Shown: positions 1 through 12,859, counted from the whole stretch's first letter. The stretch: 62,982 nucleotides of DNA, filler included, from Hyphochytrium catenoides (GCA_900088475.1; 8 parts of 8 records of this genome joined end to end with filler, not necessarily neighbours in it), one strand, 5' to 3'. Notes: generated by a model not told the origin, from the letters alone. A program made the numbers and translations.

Positions 1-1658
1 AGGCTTACAATTGGACTTCGAAACTTCAAGTCCTACTGCTAAGCAGCCGCTGAAGGATGCAGTACCTGGTGTTGCTGTCGTCATGATGTGGCGACGCAAG
101 GTTCATTTTGCTTAAAATTAGCGAAGAGTAGTAGTTGCGGTCTAAAGCGCAGTGTTGTGTCATTCACTGATTCCCCCTCTTCCATGGTGTCTCTGTGGTA
201 TCGGTGCGGGCTCCGATGATTGACTACAGCCAGCAGCCGCTTTGAGGCGTGGTGGGACAAAAGAGCAGCATACATTACCATTATTCGGGTCTGAGGAATT
301 GCCCTCTCCCAAAATAGGGACTACATGATGCAAGTTATTCTGGACGACCTAGTAGTAAGAGAACGGAAAATGTCCAGGAAGAAGGGTATAAGCTGATGGG
401 CTCTTATCACTGATCGTGCGGAATGTCCTCCCTGAGGCAGCTCCTTCTCCCGGCAAACCTGCGTGGGGCCATTGGTCAACCAATCACAATTGACGTCGGG
501 AGAAGCTCAGCTGCTAGCCTCTACTATGAGTAGCAGCGGCATGCACTGGCGACCAACAAGGATAACTGCATATATTATAGAGACGGGTTAAGGGATAGAC
601 TAACCATCACTAAGGGACTGATGAGATGACTGGACGTCTTGACTCTCTATTTTTTTTTTTTTATTGAGTTGATGTGGCCTTTATTATGAAGAAAATTAGT
701 AGAGAGTGTGAAATCGACTACTGTTTGAAGAAGATGAAAGAAGCAAATATGTACTACTTTTGTATAAATGTGATGGTACACCTATCTTAAACGTCTCATT
801 TCTCATGAGTAGTATCACTCTCTCTTCGTTGCTGCAGTCAGTGGTGGGTGGGGTCGCTTATTTTTGTTGATCAGCAGCGTCATTATCGGCTCCTCAGACG
901 AAGGTAGGGGGTCCCTAAGAAATAAGGTTGAAAATCTAGTTGAGAGCGAAACGAGATTGAGTGTCTCTTTTAACTAATAATATCATGCCAGCAAACACGG
1001 GACTCAAGCATCGGGCCTGGCGCACCCATACCGAGCCTAGACTAGCGCATCATGATGACCCAACCCCATCACCACTGCCTCCCTTTAGAGCAGGGCCAGT
1101 AGCGGTGACAGACAAGGGACAGCAGGACTCCCCAAGGGGGCAATATATCCTCACTGGTGGAGGCCTCACCACCCATACACCCATCAAGAACAAAAATAAT
1201 AGTATCATGCAGAGGAGGACAAGAAGAGCAAGGCTCAAAAAAGCAGATTGAGCTTAGTGAGGAGACCTGGCGCACGAACTTTATGTGTTGTTGTGTTTGC
1301 TTGGTAGGTTGAGAAGTGATCGGAATGCGTGAAGCGCTGCTTTCTCGGAGCTCATTGGGGTCGCCCTGAAGTTCTCTATGTGTAGACTATGTATGAGCTA
1401 TCACTCAACAAGCCTCTTGAATAATGCTAAGTTGCTATTGCTAAGTCACAAGGACAGACGAGAGAAAAAAAACGCTACTGTAACTGTGTATGCACAGGGT
1501 ATAAGGAGAGAGATAGGAAAAAACGAGCGAGGAGGATACAATAACAGAGACGACGATGCCCAGCCTCCTCAGTAGAGCTACATACACCGATAGTCTTGGT
1601 TGGTTTGGCCTAATAAGTGCACTCTCATCTAGTGGCAATGTCATTCAACAGGCAGTAC

Positions 1659-1910
1659 TGTTGAAATATGAAACATCTGAGTCTTTACAGGACTAAGATG
1701 TATCATCAGACCAACTGTCCAAGTTCCACAAGTCCCAAACACCAAGTAGAGTCAGGAATATGAAGGAAGAAGTGGAGCTCTAATGCTAGCCATGGCTTAT
1801 ACCTACATGAAAGAAGAGCTACTCCCTATTAGGATAGACCTCAGTAGTATCCGACTTCTTAATCCAATAGGGTCCCACAGGCTAGAGGCCACCCATTCTG
1901 GCTTATGACC
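1659..1910 (+). repeat. LTR-like repeat family B, copy 1 (diverged inverted partner at ~2810-3073)
   Basis: Starts TGTTG. Shares blocks such as gactaagatgta..cagaccaactgtcca, atatgaaggaag..gtgga.ctctaatg and tcagtagtat..aatccaatagg with the reverse complement of 2810-3073. Far boundary approximate. Confidence 0.7.
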
Positions 1911-2809
1911 CGAGGTGGAACCTTTATTAAACCTGTCGCCGAACCCCATACATTCTACAGGATCTTTTGCCAGGTGGAGCTGGTTGGCTGCTCCAGATGG
2001 GAGATTTGATCTTGACCTTGTCTGGATCGCAATGGTTCAGTGGCTGCCTCAGAGGCCACCAGTAGTGGCCCAAGCATACCAGACCGAAGAACTCTACCTG
2101 TCTACTCCATAATAGAGGTCAACTACCGATACAATCGAGCAACTGTACGACGAACAGCTTGATCTAGCGGCGCCAATCCGCTCGCTTCCCAGACGCGTTC
2201 ACCGCATCTTGGAAGCTGTGCTTGAGAACATAAATTTTCATTGGACAATCATAGCAAAAAGCCTTACAGAGAGGCGGAGGAGGTAAATGAGAGACTTGTC
2301 CGACCTTAATGAAACACCTCTAAAACCCAGCGAGGCATTGTTTCGAAAAAACTTGAGCGGCTCCGGAAACTTGGGGACAAGAGAAGCTACTCGGACGCAG
2401 CGGTCAAAAGGAGATTATAACTTTTGCGTATTATTGCAGTGACGAGATGAGCCCGAAAGACGTTGAGGTCAAGTACCGCATTCCGGAAAGACGTTTGCCT
2501 CTTCTCTTTGCGTGCCAGAAGAAGCTAGTTTTGAGGATGAATATATAATCTGGCGAGTGTAACGCCCCAGCGGCTGACTGCTAAAAGCGCGGCCTTATGC
2601 TGTCTCACTTCTAACTTGAAGCCGAATATCTCAGCATCGATGGAGTGGAACCTTCGGCATGAAGGTTTGAACGGTTCTCTGCATGAGTAGAAGAACGTAT
2701 CGAGCGTATGGGACTGGTCATTCCCTTCACTTTAAAACAGGGTCCGAAAAAGCGGCCATATTTGATGAATGTATGGGATTCAGGGACGATTATATCATGA
2801 GTTTCTGCT

Positions 2810-3073
2810 AGGCTTATAAACCAGAAAGGCTAGTCTCTAGATTTGTGGGAACCTATTGGATTTAGGATCCTGAATACTACTGATATGTATTCTTAATAGG
2901 AGTACCTGCTCTTTCCTAGTACAGGTATGAGGTATAGCTACTCGTAACATTAGAGTCCACTCTTCCTTCATATCTCTGCTTCTACTTGGAGGAGTTGGGG
3001 ACTGTAACGTGGACAGTTGGTCTGGTACATCTTAGTCTTATAAAATACGACTCAGATAGTCCGTACTGTAACA
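2810..3073 (-). repeat. LTR-like repeat family B, copy 2
   Basis: Minus strand starts TGTTACA at 3073 and is collinear with 1659-1910. Confidence 0.7.
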
Positions 3074-3079
3074 ATGTTT

Positions 3080-3422
3080 TGTTGAGTGCTATAATGTTCG
3101 TTGTCAGTAATACAGTAGTCACTCTCCATACACACCTAGCTCTCAGGGACATAGACGTTACGGGTACACCTGTGTTATGGGAAAGAGAGAAGATGTGAGA
3201 AGAATTCCGGAAGGACGCCGGAGGAGCACAGGAGAGAGAGATGAGGAGGGATGCTGGGCCGAGCAAATATCTTGAGAGCAGGCCAGACAGACCTCATGAC
3301 TCAGTCATTCAGAGAATCTCAATCATATATCATTACCCAGTCCCTTTGTTATCTTTTCATCTAGATTGTCCTCATACAGAAGCTTCAGGAGGCACTTGCC
3401 ACCAGCTCTGTAAACTTCATCA
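3080..3422 (+). mobile_element. Solo LTR of a Ty1/copia element (family A) with 5-bp target-site duplication
   Basis: TGTTGA...TCATCA termini, flanked by TGTTT at 3075-3079 and 3423-3427. Homologous over its full length to 4869-5204. Confidence 0.88.
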
Positions 3423-3724
3423 TGTTTTGGTTGGGTACTTCGTAGTGCCTCCATTTTCCCAGGCGCTTTTACTATCAGCTCGCAATGGAACTTTAGGATC
3501 AAGTCGAAAATGGTCGCTTGGCAATCGACAGAAGCAAGAGTTATTGACTTTAGTGAGGTCTTTGATAGGACACGACAGTGTACCCTAGCTGCTGTCTGTC
3601 TTCTCTCCTCGCTCGCCGCCACGCTGGACCTTGAAGTGCATCGCGTTGAAAGCAAGACCGGGTTTTGAATGATAAACTTTGACCGTTGGTTTGTGTTTTG
3701 GAAACTAGAATACGGAAAAGTTTT

Positions 3725-3805
3725 CGGACAAGCCGGGAATCGAACCACGGTCTTCCTGTCAGCAATGCCAGCACGCTACGGTGTGCACCATTGCACTACA
3801 TCCCC
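3725..3805 (-). pseudogene. Degenerate tRNA-derived sequence (box A and box B retained, imperfect cloverleaf)
   Basis: Minus strand reads GGGGATG-TA-GTGC-AATGGT-GCAC (D arm)...GGTTCGATTCCC (T arm/box B), with TTTT shortly downstream. The acceptor stem has two mismatches and the anticodon cannot be assigned. Confidence 0.7.
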
Positions 3806-3939
3806 AATTACTCGGTGATCTAGTTGGGTTCTTATAGCCGTCTGTGGTTATTAGCCGTTACAACCTCAGACTAGGAGTTCAGCATTTGAATTTATATGCG
3901 GAATATGCTGAATCTTAAATTAGCCAATGTACATATTCC

Positions 3940-4056
3940 AACCGGTTCCTGAGCGGCACTTAGACGAGGAGATGATGTACATGCGGCAAATACCCGGCAT
4001 TGCAGTCCTTGGACAAGAAGATCATGTGTGGGAGCTGAAGAAGTCGATATATGATC
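3940..4056 (+). pseudogene. Ty1/copia reverse transcriptase fragment
   Basis: Translates to LDEEMMYMRQIPGIAVLGQEDHVWELKKSIY, matching the copia RT motif LxEEIYMxQPxG...VCxLKKSLYG. Confidence 0.8.
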
Positions 4057-4242
4057 GCCGTCAGAGAAGAAGGTTTCATTAGGTCCAGGGCAGCTTTATG
4101 AAGAATGAGTGAGATGATTGAGGACTAGGTATCTCTAGCTACCCACGGAAGATAGGATAAGGAGAATTCTTACACCCTCTACTACCATTCTAATTCTGGC
4201 TTTCTTTCCCTTTTGCGATGATAATAATAACCCCAACAACAC

Positions 4243-4520
4243 CTACGCCCAGCAGCGCGAGGGAATAGCCAATGGCTCCAACAGGTCAGAGGGTGCTTGC
4301 GTAGATGGCTTAAATGCGTTAGAACGTTGAGCAGAGAGCGACATAGTTCTTAATGAATTTGTCCATCCGCGGCCAGTAGAAGCACCCTTTAGCCTGATGG
4401 TGGTTTGTTTTAAGAAGGAAGCCAAGGTGACCAGCGGTCGGTGCACCATGCAGTTCTTCGAGCAGTCCAGCCCGAAGTTTCGCATCTTTAGGGACGAGAA
4501 TCATCTGCGCTGCAACCATC
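4243..4520 (-). pseudogene. Ty3/gypsy integrase zinc-binding (HHCC) domain fragment, frameshifted
   Basis: LRAGLLEELHGAPTAGHLG...FYWPRMDKFIKNYVALCST, then LLEPLAIPSRCW in another frame. Confidence 0.85.
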
Positions 4521-4868
4521 ATTAGTAGGGTCGTCAGCTGTGAGGGCATATTCGCTCCTGTTTCTCATTGGTAGAATAGGAGAGATTGGTTGTTCTGGTT
4601 GAGGCAGTGTACCAGAACGCTAAAGCTTGAGTCCTCGTCATAAGCGGCGATGAGACCTCGCCGCACGGCAGGATCCGGCTGAGGAGATGAGAGCGAGAGG
4701 GCTGAGCGCATCTCTCTCTGGACAGGATCCAACCATGAAGAAGAAACATTTCAAGACCAAAAAATCGCCATAACTATACGTCAAATACCAAGACCGAAGT
4801 CCAAATATGTTTTTGTCAAGCACTGATTGTCCACGACAAGGGCAACCGCAAGGTGCTAAGGATTGATT

Positions 4869-5217
4869 TGTTGAGTGCTACTATGTTCGTTGTCAGTAGT
4901 ACAGTAGTCACTCTCTATACACACCTAGCTCTCAGGGACATAGGCGTTACGGGTACACCTGTGTTATGGGAAAGAGGGATGTGGGAAGAATCCAGAAAAA
5001 CACAGGAGCAGCACAGGAGAGAGAGATGATGAGGGAAGCTGGGCCGAGCAAAAGATCTCGAGTCCAGACCAGGCTCTCAGGACTGAGTCATGACATAGAG
5101 AAATCTCCACACACATCAATACCAAGTCCCTTTGTTATCATTGCATCTAGATTGTGCTCATACAGAAGCTTCAGGCATTGCCACCATCTCTGTAAAATTC
5201 ATCAGGTTATGGGCCCA
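4869..5217 (+). mobile_element. 5' LTR (4869-5204) of copia family A plus primer-binding site (5205-5217)
   Basis: TG...CA LTR followed directly by GGTTATGGGCCCA, the half-tRNAiMet primer site known from Drosophila copia-type (hemivirus) elements. Confidence 0.85.
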
Positions 5218-5347
5218 CACCTCCGTTGAGGCTCAAGAAATAGCCGGTGATAGACTTCCGCCACGTTCACTGGGAGGCTGTCAAACGTATCTTCACCTAT
5301 CTGAAGGCCACCCAAGACTACTCCTTGTGTCTAGGGGGAGATACCCC

Positions 5348-5447
5348 NNNNNNNNNNNNNNNNNNNNNNNNNNNNNNNNNNNNNNNNNNNNTTAATTAAT
5401 TAANNNNNNNNNNNNNNNNNNNNNNNNNNNNNNNNNNNNNNNNNNNN
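5348..5447. other. Artificial contig-joining spacer (first of seven)
   Basis: Exactly 100 bp, N44-TTAATTAATTAA-N44, with stops in all six frames. Recurs at 11064, 30981, 52669, 57301, 59632 and 61335. Confidence 0.98.
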
Positions 5448-5494
5448 CTCATCGGAACGCCTCCCGTGGCTCTGCGTCCTCCGAAGGCCTGGGA

Positions 5495-6773
5495 TTGCAT
5501 GGCGTCGCTGCGATTGCTCCTGAGTCCGTGAGGTCGCCCCGCATAGAGGAAAGAGAGCGTATTGCACCACAGAAGGAGAAACTAGAGACGAAAGCTCCAC
5601 AAAAGGGAGCAATAGCTTCACCTTCGTCTCCTGTTCGTCTCCAGTTTGATGCTGGCCGAACGGTGAAGGATGGGCCCGGCGCAGGTGAAACTACATCGAG
5701 GGCAGAGAGTGATTTTTGTCTCGCTTCTCTTATGTTGATGCCAATATTAGGTTAGCCTTTGGCTGTTAGAGTTCATTCGTACCTTTCTCTATGCTTCAGG
5801 GCCTGTGCGCATCACTCTCTCTCATCCATTCTCTTTATTCTCTAGTGGACTTCTCACCTGACGGGAAGCCGCCAGTCCCCAAGATAGCACTAGACATTGC
5901 GCCCGCTATAGAGATCCTTGCACCAGAAGAAGACTTTCCTGTCTCCAGCAAGCATTCCTCTCCTCCTCCCCGCCATCCATCTTCCTCTTCCACTTTGGCC
6001 TCCTCCTCAACCCGCGTGAAGCCAGAGGAGGAGGAAGATCTCTATGAAGATGACTTCTGCGATGAAGCTTCTAGCGCTGAGAGTCAGGGAGGCTCGAGTA
6101 TGAAGAGACTACGAAGAAAGAAAGGAAAGAAAGTGACGTTGAACGTGATGGGGAGAAGGAAGAAAGGAGAAAAGAAGAAGAGAGGTGGTACCGGTAAGTC
6201 CGCCTCACTCTGACTTTCATACTGTCTCCTGCTCTGATGCTGTCCGGACCCATGAGGACGCTCACTACCTAAGATCGCTAACGCTTTCTCTTTTTGATAT
6301 TCCGTTGCAGTGTCGCCATCTGTCAGCGAGGAGGCCGCCGCAGCGTCAGGTCCTGCTCCGGTGGCTCCGCTAGGCCTCCAGCCCTTTCCTAATACTTTGC
6401 CCAAGATCGGAGGTCAGGGAGCCTCTGACCCCATTTCCTCTGTCGTCTCCCACACCTTTCAATGGCGCTATCATTTTGCTGAGCATATGCCTCCTCTGTC
6501 TGTTAAAGGTTGCCCTACTTGTGCCACCAAGAGTTGCAGGTTCTAAACCTCTCTCTCCTCTTATCCTCAGAAAAAGCATCTCTTGTTCCGCGGCTGGTAG
6601 ACCCGTCCGCGGCGCTCAGGTCTATCCGCATGAAGCGTGCTAGCGGAAAGGCGCCAGGGAGTACGCGGAGGACAATAGCCCCGGCAGACAGCGATGAGGA
6701 GGGAGGATCAACGCCCATAGCGCCAGAGCCAGCTCCGAGTCAGAGGCGAACGACTGCTATTGATGCACGATAG
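5495..6773 (+). CDS. Probable partial multi-exon gene, low-complexity (Ser/Pro, acidic, Lys-rich) hypothetical protein
   Basis: Successive plus-strand ORFs are separated by pyrimidine-rich GT..AG segments, and there is a basic NLS-like tract (KRLRRKKGKK). No family recognised. Confidence 0.35.
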
Positions 6774-7038
6774 TAACTGAAAGAAGCAAAAGTGAAAGGC
6801 TCAGGACAATGTATAGTCTGGCTTTGGATATCGGGAGAGCCAGGAAGAAAAAAGATCACTCCGTCTCTCCCCACCTTCAAGAACCGTCCTCTGTTCATAA
6901 AAAGATGGATTATAGATATTTGAAGACGCTAAATGTTATTAGATGACTGTTTGTTCCCTCCTTTAGCACGCAATCTTGATGCCCTTTATCTCTTCATTGA
7001 CTTCCTGAGCCCTACACCCTCACTCCAAACTCTGAGAG

Positions 7039-9700
7039 CTACGTGGCTGTCTTTTGCGCAAGCACTTGGCGGTCAAAGAGTGAAAGGTCTCTGTCATCCA
7101 CTCGTTTCCAGGTGGAGATCTAGCCAGAAATCCATTAGAGATGTGGGCAGACAGAGACCGAAAGTGGTCAAAGAGGTATGAGATAAAAGTTCAATATAAG
7201 GTCAAAGGGTATAAAATGAGACGGAAATGACGACTGACAGACAGAAGTAAAGTGTACAGAGAGCAGAGCTCTAGACTTCCGCCAACCTTTTCTCCTCCTT
7301 CTTCGAGAAGGAATACGCGAGCGCTTCTGTCGACACCTAAACGATGCAATGTCAACGATGGGAAGGATACATCTCTTTCCTTAAATAACCTCTGTACCTG
7401 CGCGAAGATAGGCATGGTAGCCCACGCCCCCAGCGAAGCAGAGGCTGAGGCCAAATTCCGTAGCACAATAGTCATTGAGATGGTCATGGCCAACTACCAC
7501 GGCCTGCACATAGAGACAGGAAAGTGGAGGAAGAGTAGATGAGAAGGAACCTTGCACCCAGCATATGGATTGGTAAGATGCAAACACAAAAGAGGTTTCA
7601 GCATAACCAGATTGCTGTCTACATTGCCGTCCACACGAACAGAAAGAGGTCTAGTCGCCGCAGGTAAGGCCACAATGACAAGCTATGAAAGACCTAAGTA
7701 GCACGATCAGGACCAGGGAGCATGCTCGAATCGATGAGTAACGACGGAAAGAATGCATCGCGAAGCGGCAACCTTTATGTCCTGCATTCGGACAAACTCC
7801 GCAATAACCCCGCTGTTTAGGACAGGAGAGCTCACCTATAGGAAGCAACAATAAGAGAAGAACAAGGTGTTTGTCAGTCGTCAGAATGGATTGGAAGATA
7901 GATCGAACTACGGAGAAGCACTCTCCCAAGTCAAGGGTCCGCTATCCAATTTGGCAATTGCAAGGCTAGCAGAACGGAGTGCCAGAGACTCAATACCCTA
8001 TGGTACCAGAACAGGAGGAGAGACAGAGATGGTTGCAACTTACGGCTTCACGCTTGCTGCCAACCAGCCTCTTCGCTGAAAAGCTCTCAAACTCCTGCAC
8101 AGGAATATGGAAGAAGACCAAGGACGGGAGAGTGGTAGCCTGAAAAGAGTGACGTAGGGCCTCTTTCTTTCTCCTCAGCCAATCAAGCTGATTTGCCCTG
8201 CGTGGCCTCGCTTGAGCCCAAGATTGTCATAACATATTAACCACAGAGTGACTTACCAGATCATGTCATAGCCCTTTACTCCTTGAATCTTGCTATAGTC
8301 TCCCGAGTCGAGGAACCAAAGAGCAATGGGGTTTTGGGCTTTCTTGTCACTGTCATTGTCCTGGCTCGTCTCTTCTCGTGCCCCGGTCCTGACCAGGTGG
8401 ACATAGTTCCCAAAGCCGTGAATCCCAGGCGAGCCCAGCTGAGCTACCGAGTACGGCATCTTCGTAATGTAACTCATCAGCTGTGCGGCAGAGAGGAGTT
8501 TCGTCCTTTAGTCGGAAGAAGGGACAAGTGCAGCAAAGCAATGAAGAGAGGGGATATGACCTCGATAGTCACATGAAGGTGCAGAGACTCAAAGTCTAGG
8601 GCTGCGAAACAACCAAGGGATAGCCTTGAAGAAGAATGGCTTTTTCAAGAAGTAGACGCCCGAAACAATTTGTGGTGACCTCTTTTCGGGACATTTTGCC
8701 TTCCTGATCGTGGTTTCCCAACACCGCTGCCCACTTTGTCTTCGCTCTAATGGCTGGGCCGAAGGCAATCTCCATCGATTTGACAGGGTCCACGGTATCC
8801 TGTCCGAAGATGTTGTCGCCTGTGTACCTACACAAGCCGCTTAGAAAAATAGTCTCAGGTTGCAGACAGAGGTCGAGAGATCGAACCCTGGCAAGGAAGT
8901 TGAGTGCCAAGGAAGTTGAGTCACAAAGCCGGCCCGGGTAAGTGTGAAACACTAAGAGCTATGTATTGACAGACAGATGAAGGCAAGGGGAAGAAGCTGT
9001 GAGCTAAGGTAATGACGATGTCGCCTTACACGATAAGGTCTGGTCGTTCTGTCTCAATGAGCCTCTCGATAAAGGCTGTGGTGTTTGCATCTGAACAAGG
9101 AAACTTCTTCTGCTCCTCTGTGATGTCCATGCAGTCGCTAGTTCCAGTGCCAATGTGAAGGTCCGCCAGCTGCAAGATTTTGAAGCTGCACCCTGAAGAG
9201 CCAAGCAGCGGCTCCGAAATGTTTACCATAGGGCCCTAACAGCGGAAGTAAAGAGTGTTACAACCAGAGACTTTCAGGGTAAGGCCAACTAGTGCAACGA
9301 AGACGCGCGAGAAAGGAGAAGGGGAGCAGCTGGCCAAGAGGAGAAATGAAGAGATGGCGACAAACGCAATACCACAGGCACGAGCATTGCCATCTGTTCA
9401 AGGCCTTTACGTTCAGAACAGGAAGACATAGCAAAAGATCCGTCCGGCGGGCGCAGCTCTCACCGCTTCATTGCTGACCACTGCCAGAACCAGGAGCAGC
9501 ATGAGGCCGCAGAGGGCCACGACGGACACGACAAAGCGGTTCATCATTCTGATGGCGCGAAATTGCTTCTGCTGCTGAACATCGAGAAAAGGCTGCTTGC
9601 TTTGTGCTTCCACGTCCTGCTCCGAGCTGTGATAAAATGAGGCGGCCTCTGCTTCTCTTCGCTCTCCCGCCTCCAAGAGGCTTCTCTCCCCGGCAAACAT
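7039..9700 (-). CDS. Calcineurin-like metallophosphoesterase, DCR2/plant PAP14-PAP29-like, multi-exon, with an N-terminal hydrophobic anchor or signal
   Basis: Motifs in order across exons: FKILQLADLH, TGDNIFG, WAAVLGNHD, LWFLDSGDY, FFHIP, VGHDHLNDYC, GGVGYHAY, ISTWKRVDD. Stop at 7039-7041. Start is 9700 or 9547. Confidence 0.92.
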
Positions 9701-10529
9701 AGGATATATATGTCAGCGATGCAGCTTAACCTTGGCCAAGCCTGACTCCTGGACCTGAAGGCTGGGACAGAGAAAGGAAAAGGGCTGCACTAGCAAGCTC
9801 TGGTCAGGGCAGCAGCAGCAGATTCGTCTCCTCTACCTAGCGACAGCTGCAGGAACGAAGCGTCAACTGGCCTTTCTGCTGTGGGGGACGGCGAGAAGTC
9901 CTCCAGACAGTGAAGAAAAACAGAAGATTCTGCTTCCATACTGACCATACATTGTCGCGTATCAGCCAGCCAGTTAGTCCATCCAAGCCCCCCACAGAAA
10001 GCACACAGCGAAGGAATCTTCATAAGCCAAAAAGAAACGATGAAGATCCTCAACAATGCGACAAAGGCGGGATGCCTCGCCCACTGTCATAAAGATCTGT
10101 TGTACTAAAGATCTGTTTACGGCAAGAGTATACTAGGAACAACCTCTTATTACAGAAGAAGAGAAGTAGTTCTTAGTCCTCGCTTCGTCTCTCTGTTTCT
10201 TATCAAGGCTGCTGCTTCTTGCTGGGCACCGTCAACAAAGCAGGTTGTGGCACAGTCCAAGAGGAATGTTTGTCTTCTGCCGCCTCCTCTATACCCATGC
10301 TCGGCGGGATGATGACAGGAGGACCTTCCTCGTCAGCGCGCAGGGTCACTACTATATAGATGGGCACCAGCGGCTCCACTGCAGCTTCCACTGCACCATT
10401 TACTCGCCTACCAGCAGCACCCATACTCTGCAAAGCCTCTCAATCTCCGAGGGATAGAAGCACGAACACTGTTTGCGGTCCAGCAACTATTCACTTGCGG
10501 TCAAGAGGGCTGTTGAACGGTTGAGAACC

Positions 10530-11063
10530 ATGCCGACTTTGGTGTCTGAAGCCTTGAAAGGCCGTGTAGCTCTTGTGACCGGTGCATCTAAGGGGTGAGA
10601 CCTGACTTTCAGAAGCGATGTCGTCGCCGGCTGCTAACTTCCAAGCACCTCACTATATGTAACCATCATTATCTGGCAGGATAGGGAAGGCGATTGCCCT
10701 GGCGTTGGGTCTAAACTCGGCAACAGTAGTAGCGCATTATAACTCTTCTGAGGACGGTGCACTCGATGTAGTTCAGCAGATCAATGATGCAGGAGGAAAG
10801 GCGATGACCTTCAGGGCAAACGTCGCTGAGTCAAGGGAAGTGAAGGCGCTGTTTGAGGCAGCACTGGAAAGCTTCGGCCGCCTAGACATAGTCGTTGCTG
10901 CGGCTGGTGTTCCAATGATGAAACCTATTGGGAATCTTAAAGATGAAGATTTTGATCTGGCCATGAAGGTTAACGTCTACGGAGCCTTTTATACGATCAA
11001 AGAGGCTGCAATGCGCTTGGGCGACGGAGGAAGGATTATCGCACTTTCCTCCTCTACGACAAC
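10530..11063 (+). CDS. Short-chain dehydrogenase/reductase (3-oxoacyl-ACP reductase-like), 3'-truncated by contig end
   Basis: Removing intron 10595-10679 gives GRVALVTGASKGIGKAIA (TGxxxGIG). Followed by FGRLDIVVAAAG and GGRIIALSS. Confidence 0.93.
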
Positions 11064-11619
11064 NNNNNNNNNNNNNNNNNNNNNNNNNNNNNNNNNNNNN
11101 NNNNNNNTTAATTAATTAANNNNNNNNNNNNNNNNNNNNNNNNNNNNNNNNNNNNNNNNNNNNGGGGGAGAGAGAGAGAGAGAGAGAGAGAAGAAAGAAA
11201 GAGATTGGAACCGGAGTTGTTTGTCGCTCTTCTCTTCCTTGTCTCCTCAGTTTCTCGTGACAGACCAACAATCATCAGCTTTTTGCTACCTACTCCTTTC
11301 CCCACCTTACCACTTGCCAGCACCAAGAAGAAGAGATTTCCCTCATGCTATCACTGGGCTGGCATTGCATGGCGAAGAAAAAAAGAGAACGCGTCCTAGA
11401 GAGAAGGGAGCTCAGGGGAGGACGAGGAGTATGCGAACAGCCTGGGTCGGGTGTTTGAGCCAATCAGGAGGGCAAATGTCTTCACTCATCAACATCATCC
11501 TCTTCTCTCGGTCGCAAGCAATCATCTCCTGCAGTTCACCCACCTTAGAGCGTCCGCTGCTGCACTCCATCCTCTAGATCGTGGCCCACTATCCGCGACC
11601 TGCAAGCTGCTATAACAAT

Positions 11620-11975
11620 ATGAAGCTCACAACGCCTTTCCTGTTCGTGGCGCAGCCCTCGCTTCTTGTGCGGCATCCGCCGCGGCAGCTTCTTATAGCC
11701 TTCGCGGACGGCAGCAGCAGGACTGTGTCTGCACCAGTACTTTGACCCATTCTGCTACACAGGAAAGACACACTCGAAGCGCGCCTGCTTACGCTGCGCC
11801 GAAGAGGATGTCAAGGAAGATGAAGTCAAAGTTGGCATCTGACACACTCGGAGGAGCCAATGGCGGCGGCGGAGGAGGAGCTATACTTGTATGGTCCACC
11901 TTCCTGCATCTGCCCCGCTCTTCATTATCGCCTTGTTTGCTACAGGGGTTCGACGTATTATGTCAACGGAACATC
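11620..11975 (+). pseudogene. Frameshifted secreted two-domain Kazal-like protease inhibitor
   Basis: Signal-like MKLTTPFLFVA/AALASCAA, then DCVCT/YFDPFCYTGKTHSKRACLRC..VGI* and SCICPALHYRLVCYRGSTY. Needs at least two frameshifts and contains a stop. Confidence 0.7.
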
Positions 11976-12859
11976 GGCAGGCTCCCGGTGGCGTCATCGA
12001 CCAGCAGAGAGAGAGAGACGAAGATGGTCAAAGAAGCTAGAGAATGAGAGTGCGGGACAGAGAGTTGGCTTGCCATGTAACGCTATATCAGACCCTCTAG
12101 GAACAATAGACTTTTATTTGTATAGTAGGTAGTAGAGCGCGCACATGAACGCTATTAACAGATATCATCTTGGCGCCCTCCTTGCTCTTTCTATGAATGT
12201 GTATCCTCTTATGAGGTTGAATTTGACATTCTTACATCTTCCTAGCCATTGCTGGCCGAGAGCAGACGGAGAAGTCTCTCTCAGCCCTTCTCCTTCCTCT
12301 TCGTCTTTTGACTAGCCTTTCTTCCCCTTGAGTGATATGTTTTGTCTATGAGCTTCATATCCCACAAGATGAACCTTTGCTCGCTTATGAGATTATGAGC
12401 AGAGAGAGAGAGAGACAGAAACAAAGAAGAAGAGAGAGTGCAAAGATAGGAGCAAATCAGAGTGCAGGAGGTGGACCTAGAGCGAGCGAGCGAGCGAGAG
12501 AGAGAGAGAAAAGAGGACGAGACAGATAGAGGTCCAGCAATGCCTTCTTTCACTTTCAAACCATCTTCATGACAGAATCTGATGCTTCATCTATCTAGCA
12601 AAGGACCATTAAGTGCACAATGGCGATATTAAAGCAACAAGCAGTGCAGAAGATAGGTACTGAGCCACCGTCATTGGGAAAAAGGTGCATAAATAGATAT
12701 CACGTCTTAGAGGGGTAACGTAGGAGACGTACCCTGCGCCCCTGAGCTTCTCTTCCTTTCTAAGAAGGACCAAGAGGGCCCTTTAGGTCCTCGTCCTCTT
12801 TTCTGCCTCTCTTCTCTCTCTCTCTCTCTCTCCCTCTCCCTTCCACATATAGTCAGTAT

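Noticed and set aside
1-1600. Short ORFs and possible repeat debris at the window start
   Set aside because: No motif, terminal repeat or second copy that I could support.
3725-3805. Functional tRNA gene
   Set aside because: Mismatched acceptor stem, bulged T stem and no clean anticodon arm. Kept only as tRNA-derived.
5392-5403. Recurrent TTAATTAATTAA palindrome
   Set aside because: Always centred in a 100-bp N block, so it is an assembly linker and not biology. Gene neighbourhoods across linkers were ignored.
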